Made by a program: the position numbers and the translations under genes | Part shown: in pieces, positions 57,301-64,000 of the stretch | Layout of the letters: every line of letters begins with the position of its first letter | How positions within the stretch are numbered: the first letter of the stretch is position 1 | Source of the DNA: Rhizaria sp. SCN 62-66 | Taxonomy: Eukaryota | DNA length: 64,000 nucleotides | Direction of reading: 5' to 3' | NCBI GenBank assembly: GCA_001724265.1 | Contig: MEDY01000064.1 | Coordinates: forward strand, 62,001-126,000 | Notes under the pieces: generated by a model | What the model was told of the DNA's origin: nothing | The model's input: only the letters and a program-made list of their open reading frames with translations | The model's database searches: none

Positions 57301-60300
57301 AGTTGATACAAACTGTATCACTGTGACTGCAGGTATCGATGGAACGACGCCAATCTTCTCACTGCCTGCCATCGCATCTGACTGTCACGATGATAATCAC
57401 AAGCTCGGAGGTGGTCCGGACAAGTCAAACACGGCTACGAAGCCTCGCATAAGCAAGTCAAAGCGTGGTAACGGTAATAATCAGCCAGTCCATGCCAACT
57501 CCACAACACAGTCTTCTTTCACAGTTAATCCTCTTGCGGGTATGTCCACGCAATGCAGCAATGTTCTCTTCAATGGCGCACACCCTGACGTTGTCAAGGA
57601 TATTCTTGATCAAGCTCGTACGTTTGTCAAGGCGGTACAATCTCTCACATCTCGCATCGTCGCCGTAGCGGCCATCAGCAGTGAGGATGGCGACTGGCAG
57701 CTCCTTTCAGCGCTTGCACTCACCATCTCCACACGAGCACGACTCTCCGCATACACGCTCTGCTTCGTCGAGGCGCAGACCGCCGCTCAGATTGCTGCGA
57801 CTGCAAACGTCGATGACAGTCCTGAACGTCATTGTGATCCACCTTCGTTTGAATCGACTGCAGCTGCAGCCGCTCTCGAGGTTGTCGTTGGTGCTGCCAG
57901 CGATATCGGCCAAGACACTCTATTGCTCGATCGCCGGCAGGCTCTACTCGACGCAACAACTGCGTTGACTCTGCAACCCACTGATGAGTCACCTTCCGCG
58001 CGCGCCGCTGCTGCAGCAGCCGCAGCTGACGCCGCACTGGCGGAGCTTGAATCTGCACTCATTGCGTTACCGTCTTCGTTCAAGACTGTATACGTCCCTG
58101 TGGCGCCGCCGCTGCCCGTGACAGCTTCGCCCGTGTCCGCGAATGGTACGATGTCGATTGCACGTGTGCGCGCACGTGCTGCGGCTCGGGCTCGCGCACG
58201 TGCGACTGCAGTTGCTGAGCAGGCTGTGTCGGATGCTGTATGTATTGCAACTGCGACAATGCCGCTTAAGGTTTTTGTCTCCTCGCATATCCCGGATGCG
58301 ATCAAGAGCAGCAAATCAGATGTTGCAACTATAACAGATGATCCCAGTGTTCATGTCGCTGCCGAGTCTGACAAGCAGTGGACATGCTCATGGGCAGTAG
58401 TTGCGCAGCCTCTGACCATGTTTTCGCAAGCGAACTCACTTTCATCCCTCACAGCATATGCGTTGTCTCTGACCCCTGGATCTCGCGCTGCTGTGGTGGC
58501 TGTCGCAGCGTGTCTCGCTCAAGGCGCCCGCCGCGCCGCTGCTGCAGCAACGCTGCATCACGCCCCTCTTATGGAGAGCCCGGTTCTCGCCTCACACAGT
58601 GACCATGATCGAGCATTGATTGTTGAACCGACTGTTCCCATCCGTCAAGAGCTTGCACCCGTCATTTCTCTTGCTCGTTCTGTGATCACCGCCATGTCAG
58701 GGTCCTTCAGTACTTCATCAAGTACCAGCGCAACCTTACCTGAGTTTGCGCTTGCCATGTACTTACTCGCAGCCCAACTATCCTCTCTGCAAATCATTGT
58801 GTTGACGGCGACCGCACTGCCTTCTATCGCAACAGCAACAGGCAATGGGGTTTCTGTTCCCTTGGATCCCCTTGCATTTGCGCATGCAACTGCCATGAGT
58901 TTTGATGAAGCTTATGTGTCGGAGTCCTCTTCATCGGCGTCAGCGTCTGCAACAAAAGCAACGCCGAACTCAGGTGTCACTGATGTCTCCGTGAGTACGT
59001 TCTTTAGCCTTAGCCATGCTGTATCGTCTCTGCAAGATGTTGTTACTGTTCTGACAGCAACTCCACCGCAGCATGGTGACTCTGGCGCAGGCGCTTTATA
59101 TAGGGCCTCGCTCGCTGCCGCAGCCACTGCAGATGCTTCGGCAATGTTAGTCTCCATCTGCTCCAACGCAGCTGTGAACTCTGACGAGAGTCGCAAATCG
59201 TCACATCCTCACGTTTCGAATGTGACGGAGGCGGGTGCCGATGCCGAGGCTGACGCAGACAGCGAGCCAGACGTCGCAGCGCGCGCTGCTGCTGCTGCTG
59301 CACTGTTTGCGAGCGTATGTGCGCTTCCTATGGCGGATGACCCAGCGAGTGCTGTCGCTGTGGTCGCAGCGCAAGCGGACAGCGGTCGTCTGCTTTCGCT
59401 CCTACCGCAACCGTGGGTTGCCGTAACCCCGAGTACAGATGCTGATACTGTGGGCGTGTCTGCGGACGCTGCTAAGATTGTGAAATCTATCATGCTTCAT
59501 CAAATTGCGTCTCCGTTATACGCCCTGTTGATGAAGTCTCTTGTGCTATCACGTTGTTCGCTGATGCCCGCAATCACTTCCGAGCCCACCTCAGAAACCA
59601 CGGCTGTTCCTACAGTCACCCTAACACGATATCTTGTTGCTGGTCTTGTGCCCCGTGTTTTGTCGTGCGCATTTGCTGCTCACAGCGCTATCAGTTCGCT
59701 GACCAGCATTGCGAAGAAGCAACAGAGTGCTGATGCAGGCGAGACCGCTCACTGGACGCTACTCACTCTATCGCACTTGCCGCGCACGCCTCTTTCAGTT
59801 ATTAAGTGGCTCCGTGGAAACGCGCACTTGCTCTTCATGCGTTCATCCAGCTCCCGGACTGAGCAAACGAACACTAGCAGGTGTAGTGCAATGGGTAACG
59901 GCAGTAACAATATCCTCTCATTCCGCAACATGGCGACTTCATACATCCAGAATAGCAGCGCAAATCAGGGGTCTTCTGTTATCGCTGCGGCTGAGTCGGC
60001 CGTGCGTCGCTCAGCGTGCGCACTGGTACTCCCTAACGCCGCTCGCTCCTTGACTCGTGCGCTCGCTGCTGCAACTGTGCTTCCGGTCACGGCGACGATG
60101 ACTGGGGCTGATGTAGAGCCGTTTGCTCTCGCGCTAGGTTCCACTCAAGTGCGGACGCCGGCGCTTGCGCTTGTGACAAACCTGTCGACCAATATGCTCG
60201 CCGACAGTGCAGCGCTTTGTCCGCTCACAGTCGCTCCGACCGCGCGACTGCCCGCCAATAACGCATCTGTCGTTATTGCTACATTTGCCAGCGCCGTTTC

Positions 60301-63300
60301 CAAGACTGCTGGTCGTGTCTTGCCACACCTAGATCCGCTGCCGTATCCGCCTCAAGCGGTCCTGCCTGATGAAGCGAACCCAATTGCTGCATCAGCACTT
60401 GCCGCCAACACTGCGGCTGCTGCGGCAGCAGCGGCTGCTGCAGCTGCGATGTCGATGGGGACTGGGGATGGCGTTAACTCTGCTGCTAGCGATCTGACTG
60501 GCCTTGGTGCCAATAGCGCGATGATTGGCGGTGCAAAGAAAGGAGACGACGTCTACCACACACCGTGGGCACTGGGACCAGCGTCGGCGACGCCGCTGTT
60601 GCCGTCGCTGCCATACTGCGCGGCACCGCAGATGCAGCAGCAATTGCAACCTACCCCACACCTTTTGCCTGCGCATGCACGCGCTACAGCTGCGGCTGCA
60701 GTTGCTTTTCAGCTGCTATGTGGTGCTTTGCCTGAAACCAAAAGCACTATGTCCAACTCTGGCTCCAGCCTCAGGACTGGCTCGGGCATGGGCGCACTTG
60801 CCGCTGCCATTGAGGCAGCATCCGCGTTGAGGTTGAAGCGCGTGTTTGCGCTTGCCACTGTGCATATTGCGCAAACTCTTGCTGCCCGTGCTCGAAATAC
60901 GCTGTTTATGTTGCTTCTGCATTGGGATGCGAGCCCACAGGTCGTGCGTGGAAGTCAGGTTCCCCCAATGCAAAGCGGTGCCATTGAGATGCGTGGGAGT
61001 AAGTGGGTCCTGACATCGTCCCCGTGTGCGATGTACTCAGCGTATGTGACGTCTCCGGTGCTGACAAGGGAGGACGCGATGGCAGCACTCTCATCCGTTG
61101 CGAAGAGCTCTCTGCTAGTCTCTGCTGACTCCGATAACGCATCATCTTCATCTGCTGTGCCGTTTGTCGCGGCGTCGCAGCCGCGACAGAAAATCTCACC
61201 GGTCGTTTATGAGCTGCCTTCGCCGCCGGCTCTGCTTGTAATCCTTCGCCACGGTCTCTCGACAGGGGCGCTGCACCCTCACGCTGCAGAGGTGTTATCA
61301 CGTTTGCTTACAACTTCCTTGCGCTCGATCCTATCCACCGTCACTGAAGGCATCGATACCAACGTCTATAACAAGTTAGTCTCCACTCTGTCAGACTGTC
61401 CCCTTACTGTGCCTGCTGAACTGTACCTTGCGTCATCTGCGCGCGTTTTAACGACACTTCTGACAGAGCGGCGGTACGAGCAGCTATGTAGCGACATGCA
61501 GACAGCGCACTCCCAATCACAATCATACTCACAGATGCAATCGAACACTGCTAGTATGACCTCAAAGGGAGTATGCGCTTCTGTTTCTTGTCCTAGCACG
61601 CTAGAATGGGCGTCAATTGCTGCGGCCGTGGTATTGCCTCCACTGTCGATGCCGCTAACACTCGCGCCTATGAATGGACGCTCAACACCGCTGTATAGGT
61701 TCAATGTACGTGCCTGTGGTGATGATAGCAACGGGTTCGTCCCTCGGCCTCAGTTCGCTTCAGCACTAACTGCTGTTACGGGTGCACCAGTCAAGGCCAT
61801 GAGCACAAGCACAGCTGATGATGTGGCAGTTGCAGGCCTTGAGTCGGTATCTACCTCTACTGCTTCTGGTGGTGGCTTGAGTGCGAGTGTCACATCTACC
61901 TTCACTGCCCATGTCAGTGCAGCACAAGCCCAACTTCAAGCTCAGCTTGAGTTCTTGAGCAGGCAAGGAGACAAAGACTACGACTTCCAGCTTGAGCTTG
62001 GCGAAGTGTGTGCTGCGCTCAAAGATATGACCAGCATGCACCCCACAGCCGCCGCAGTCTCCGCGTCCGCTGCTGCCGCGGCAGCGTCACACGCCCAGGT
62101 AAGCAGCGTTGGCTCTACATCTTCTTTTAGTGCAGGCAGTAGCGTTGCTGGGCTCGATGCAGTCGTACCGGGTCTCTCAACACTACTTCTTGCAACGACA
62201 AGTGCTCGTCTGCATAGTACAGTTGATGACATGTCTTACGCAACATTGTCAAAGGACGATAAGGCTGAGCTCGCAAGTGCGCTCTCGGATCTGCCCGCGC
62301 TCGCCGCCGCTGCTCTGACACGGCTACAGACGCCGCTTCTGCAGGCAGGTTCTCACTCACCTTCGCGGTCATTTACATTGGCGCAGGCGCATGCGCGGGT
62401 TTTTGCACTGTCTGCCATTTCGTCGGCTGCTGCAGCCAAGGCATTCGAAGAGGCTGATCGCATTCTACCAATGACTATCGCTCGGCGCCTTGACACTCCA
62501 CCTGCGCCGTTTGCATCGAACAATTTCTCTGCGACAACCCTACCGGGTGTGAACAATGCCGAGCCTCTCGCGGCCGCTGTTGAGGCAGGTACAACACTCC
62601 ATACAATTGCGATGCCGCGACTTCCTCTGCTGTCGACTAAGACATTCGTCTCAGCTCTGAGCGCAATCTCGCTTGTGCAGTCACACTTGCAAGAGTTGAC
62701 TGGATCTGGGTCTACGACAAACCATTCGGACAATTTAGAGTCACGAGCCACAGGTTCTGCCTTGTCATCAGCTGTGACAGCGACACTATCCGCTGCCATT
62801 GCCGCAGTATTGAAGCCTGGCACTGTCGTCTTTTCTCCGTTTCACATCCGTGGCTCGACCACAGCTGCACGCGTCAATGTGCTCTCATCTCTGTCACCTG
62901 CTGTGGTTGACGCAGGGCTTGTTGCTGCAGACGATGCTATCTGGGGAGGGCGCTCTCTATCTCACTCCTACATTGCACCTGTCGGTCTTATGGACAGCAG
63001 CGCGGTTGATGGAAGCGCAGAGACGCCCGAGTCGCGTGCGGCTGCAGATATAAGGGCGCGACTCATCTTCACAACACTCATTGTGGAACGTGCACGGTTC
63101 ACCTCGTACCAACGTGGCTGTGCTCTAGCGTTGTGGGCCGCCAAACTTGCGCTTGCGTGCGCGAGTGCAACTATCGCTTTGTGTCCGAACGCGACCGTCT
63201 GTGAGGTTGAAGCAGGCGATGCGTGTGCGTTGGTCGCGATTGCAGCTGCGGTAAGGGCGTTGCAGCACAGGGTTTCTGTTCTTCGCGCGCGCATGCGTAC

Positions 63301-64000
63301 AGTTACAGCTGCTTTAGGTGGACTTGCGTTGGGAGATGATATTGGCAATTCATCAACACCGTTATCAACCGCTGTCTCTGATATGGCGACGCCGTCTATA
63401 AACAACACGTTAGCTTCCTCAGCGTCCGCCATCGTCCCGTCTGCGGCGATTGTTAGCACAACTGTAACGGATGGTTTAACCTCAGCTCTTACTACAGAAG
63501 CTGCCGCAATTCATCGCCACGCCGTCGCACTTGTTGCAAGTACCAACTGCATCGATGTCATCTCTACTGATGCTGGAGGCAACGATAGCGCGCTCATTAG
63601 TCTTGTCGCCAATGCATACCGCATGATCGACTCATCAGCAGCAACTTCTTACACACCGTTGATTGGTGACACCTCGTCAGCTGTTGCAGCGTTATCCCGT
63701 TGGTGGGGCGCACCACTCGCAACTGCTCTTTTTGCTACGGCCTCAATCATCACAGAATCAGCCTCCCGGCTCGGTTTCAGTCTGAATCGCCGTGTCACAA
63801 TCCCATACCCGTGCCGTCTCCCTTCGCTCATGAACACCAGCAGCTCAGAGAACTTACAAAAACAACAAAATGCCCGTGACGAGCTGTGGCATTGGCAGCC
63901 ACTGTCGCTGCAAGGGAAAGCGGCCGAACGCCGCATGCGCACAGCCGCCGACTGGCTGTGCTCTGCCCTGTCTATGCTTGCTCAAGCGCACGCGACCGCT
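51335..64000 (+). CDS. CABIN1: Giant Cabin1/Hir3-like protein (>4220 aa, one uninterrupted frame, 3' end beyond the window)
   Basis: ATG at 51335. No ORF-track entry ends in this frame, and spot checks along it were open, so it runs to the window end. N-terminus MFTITR...FEFQLDIATRAYETGLLALAQKQPRKALAHFNAVLSLP resembles the Cabin1 N-terminal TPR-like helix (plant-type, from memory). The CDS is secure; the family call is moderate. Confidence 0.62.
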   Translation, partial: MFTITRYTPDEAVASMRDPSLQSELPVTAPLPYAVWSPASFEFQLDIATRAYETGLLALAQKQPRKALAHFNAVLSLPFAAHAPVAPLFAHLRGLTLAAARDACVRTAVASLSTAETRHKALEAHRDADSSASEERRSGYDAACSAFVTPVTESASATILADYALDVALTSASQVPTLRGKRSMLLARGGESAPQVRVATSGDLFDKEYDFHGTYSLTNPSFAQQHGQEQFNEDNMLSAVNNVMLDAKTDPLVSIETLCARGCNVYGVPPPRAWARSERVRLTATVNAAKTLQKTKPATPVTVVSSPATTTASDNNADETGDVTAIHDNGSVGESQVAPALPVVLPAGPLPAPPPLTPPQHRLLASALRNAALAHEQLAAVWGDTLRTVSQATLSHTEDSHSEDSEHANTAPTVPSSLDAASLMLLHSIAASATATAALLFTTPLPQPAPAPPLPPVAAAAAQVLLTATSFSGVFPTSCLFLLQTSSSQNHKSIVDLTSRAACPCSRAAPTVSSRSYTSVDSPAGTTCRCDGSCLEAGDCACGCGSDCGSRGGDCADLLHTEMTPFEDARRWLVRDRWLLWRHRYYAQQQLLPAMSQAAAASFLSSGAAAAAPPSLRSLLLPVGATSGPAVGADAVVVVGGQRVRSLPVTVAAGSVTDLPLWRLLGLILLRSVLPFVAAAAPVSVAAVTTAVDDHAIDDHEMQNAPLWLQPTGPASVPVAVAGPSLHALAAAVKPMLLASLVACASGSSSRFHNRILAGNTFSLVNSHLARLPAAHACLTTASYCLNYLATGSISATNGQNASLGADASSLRVVSAALNAAALRSDSTAASTLAHMVLALLSNARTGTMIASEAGAGVRAMAALSWAEPSATTADSNVTVGGVEVAALATAEAVANAVALAATITVDSHVAALLHWVANVRSNTATSSTASGSFTTETSDIKHSTVTISAKSKGNREKTSRVSVSACSSDVIDDNGNMDWGSLLSDPLTQSGVTMGDDPDTAMSASHSIAVNGEASAAVNGMMAQWVHSRGINRATTVAEVGSPLVASSSPTAITAESDVWGWALYCLTLDPFHAAQYYLSNTYGQYSGSRLSPRIGCFAQYHNYVASALSSDSRIVLKFPPAAIDAIGHNVVDSAFKPDIELVCEVSLPAKATASVFSTHDATDESSADIAPKPLWKMLPLLRLSQTQTSSAVTTSHGDIGNHARVMSHITSTVAKSTSANSEDNEENDALSIVLWSQLLSTLALTAENNSASMCTTVASTVSMNVDSKNHNNDKSSQQQQQQKMVSLSGRELYYASGRRRNASLTAGLLSLPLQVRVGLHNETNDGDAVTTRMTDSASAAVVVPSHADHALRDADVAMPVMFGVVPTPICVSAAAVTVPTLMRPVEEKSVSDIVKLAETTSVDSTVVSMSDGEARDSVTALVDTASKTGAMSATEALFKATADAITDDLTNTMIDQPDEANNVASRPRTPVPVMEMTDALQDNDFAATADETVSPDTALTTATETDACTAVAVDSENADSNVRRTGRLRRQVTSFDGSVASENETTSEAGDNSNEESESVGDSTDDDEDEGWVTFSRPHALRAGLSSIRNASKPSSQTKSRKGSATSMVNDDDDDNDVDAAARTVSDDNSDDDDDIKVYISSLGTHATARARMATNATAVTFLTPAHDLLEPAVIADMCADEDLTALNRPSLLSISSDSGSKTAIACAVKALQANAKEQQLALDSNSDDDSCNVVRTAMVLACADAPASDDSVPAGNAIGGSTKDGSDCSSDSDDVAVSVPLLQSVITPISFAERINNVGVQRGARSKTDWSRVSTLLGLDSQSSPSSWRAYFANGAPQSGTQSLSLPLRAAGLLTHLAISVVPTAAFAPIADSTMGFVREGVNDTSRDLWRSVLTSAPLRSLAPLARIVVSTGVLTANQLTAEYDAFGVNNSDRETYSAKTGVAVVKAALTAQLMAEVLLSSTNSIDGASSNSSNVSLAAARTNDAVDTNCITVTAGIDGTTPIFSLPAIASDCHDDNHKLGGGPDKSNTATKPRISKSKRGNGNNQPVHANSTTQSSFTVNPLAGMSTQCSNVLFNGAHPDVVKDILDQARTFVKAVQSLTSRIVAVAAISSEDGDWQLLSALALTISTRARLSAYTLCFVEAQTAAQIAATANVDDSPERHCDPPSFESTAAAAALEVVVGAASDIGQDTLLLDRRQALLDATTALTLQPTDESPSARAAAAAAAADAALAELESALIALPSSFKTVYVPVAPPLPVTASPVSANGTMSIARVRARAAARARARATAVAEQAVSDAVCIATATMPLKVFVSSHIPDAIKSSKSDVATITDDPSVHVAAESDKQWTCSWAVVAQPLTMFSQANSLSSLTAYALSLTPGSRAAVVAVAACLAQGARRAAAAATLHHAPLMESPVLASHSDHDRALIVEPTVPIRQELAPVISLARSVITAMSGSFSTSSSTSATLPEFALAMYLLAAQLSSLQIIVLTATALPSIATATGNGVSVPLDPLAFAHATAMSFDEAYVSESSSSASASATKATPNSGVTDVSVSTFFSLSHAVSSLQDVVTVLTATPPQHGDSGAGALYRASLAAAATADASAMLVSICSNAAVNSDESRKSSHPHVSNVTEAGADAEADADSEPDVAARAAAAAALFASVCALPMADDPASAVAVVAAQADSGRLLSLLPQPWVAVTPSTDADTVGVSADAAKIVKSIMLHQIASPLYALLMKSLVLSRCSLMPAITSEPTSETTAVPTVTLTRYLVAGLVPRVLSCAFAAHSAISSLTSIAKKQQSADAGETAHWTLLTLSHLPRTPLSVIKWLRGNAHLLFMRSSSSRTEQTNTSRCSAMGNGSNNILSFRNMATSYIQNSSANQGSSVIAAAESAVRRSACALVLPNAARSLTRALAAATVLPVTATMTGADVEPFALALGSTQVRTPALALVTNLSTNMLADSAALCPLTVAPTARLPANNASVVIATFASAVSKTAGRVLPHLDPLPYPPQAVLPDEANPIAASALAANTAAAAAAAAAAAAMSMGTGDGVNSAASDLTGLGANSAMIGGAKKGDDVYHTPWALGPASATPLLPSLPYCAAPQMQQQLQPTPHLLPAHARATAAAAVAFQLLCGALPETKSTMSNSGSSLRTGSGMGALAAAIEAASALRLKRVFALATVHIAQTLAARARNTLFMLLLHWDASPQVVRGSQVPPMQSGAIEMRGSKWVLTSSPCAMYSAYVTSPVLTREDAMAALSSVAKSSLLVSADSDNASSSSAVPFVAASQPRQKISPVVYELPSPPALLVILRHGLSTGALHPHAAEVLSRLLTTSLRSILSTVTEGIDTNVYNKLVSTLSDCPLTVPAELYLASSARVLTTLLTERRYEQLCSDMQTAHSQSQSYSQMQSNTASMTSKGVCASVSCPSTLEWASIAAAVVLPPLSMPLTLAPMNGRSTPLYRFNVRACGDDSNGFVPRPQFASALTAVTGAPVKAMSTSTADDVAVAGLESVSTSTASGGGLSASVTSTFTAHVSAAQAQLQAQLEFLSRQGDKDYDFQLELGEVCAALKDMTSMHPTAAAVSASAAAAAASHAQVSSVGSTSSFSAGSSVAGLDAVVPGLSTLLLATTSARLHSTVDDMSYATLSKDDKAELASALSDLPALAAAALTRLQTPLLQAGSHSPSRSFTLAQAHARVFALSAISSAAAAKAFEEADRILPMTIARRLDTPPAPFASNNFSATTLPGVNNAEPLAAAVEAGTTLHTIAMPRLPLLSTKTFVSALSAISLVQSHLQELTGSGSTTNHSDNLESRATGSALSSAVTATLSAAIAAVLKPGTVVFSPFHIRGSTTAARVNVLSSLSPAVVDAGLVAADDAIWGGRSLSHSYIAPVGLMDSSAVDGSAETPESRAAADIRARLIFTTLIVERARFTSYQRGCALALWAAKLALACASATIALCPNATVCEVEAGDACALVAIAAAVRALQHRVSVLRARMRTVTAALGGLALGDDIGNSSTPLSTAVSDMATPSINNTLASSASAIVPSAAIVSTTVTDGLTSALTTEAAAIHRHAVALVASTNCIDVISTDAGGNDSALISLVANAYRMIDSSAATSYTPLIGDTSSAVAALSRWWGAPLATALFATASIITESASRLGFSLNRRVTIPYPCRLPSLMNTSSSENLQKQQNARDELWHWQPLSLQGKAAERRMRTAADWLCSALSMLAQAHATA

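Overview
Gene-dense 64 kb of nuclear DNA from a microbial eukaryote. Exons are GC-rich, spliceosomal introns are AT-richer (about 100-630 nt), and a CFAP300 gene implies a motile flagellum. I could model 18 complete and 2 window-truncated genes. Recognisable products: deoxyhypusine synthase, a BioD/Pta-N-like P-loop protein, BLOC1S1, N-myristoyltransferase, a modular metallothionein, ORC5, Rab5, HemK/PrmC, an alpha-SNAP-like protein, a TSP1/EGF surface protein, CFAP300, a head-to-head isocitrate lyase/malate synthase pair, DDX11/CHL1, ornithine aminotransferase, pseudouridine-5'-phosphate glycosidase and a >4200-aa Cabin1-like ORF. There is also a decayed Ty1/copia LTR element. The main signal is a possible non-standard use of UAG: DDX11 and ORC5 each carry a single in-frame TAG that the conserved protein continues across, while none of the 18 complete genes ends in TAG (12 TAA, 6 TGA). 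TAG is very rare as an internal codon, so sequence error is not excluded. Other signals: a ~340-nt structured RNA candidate in OAT intron 1, a GTACGT (+4 C) splice-donor consensus, GTGA-rich 3' flanks and PTS2-like variant leaders. All calls come from manual reading and remembered family motifs; no database searches were run.
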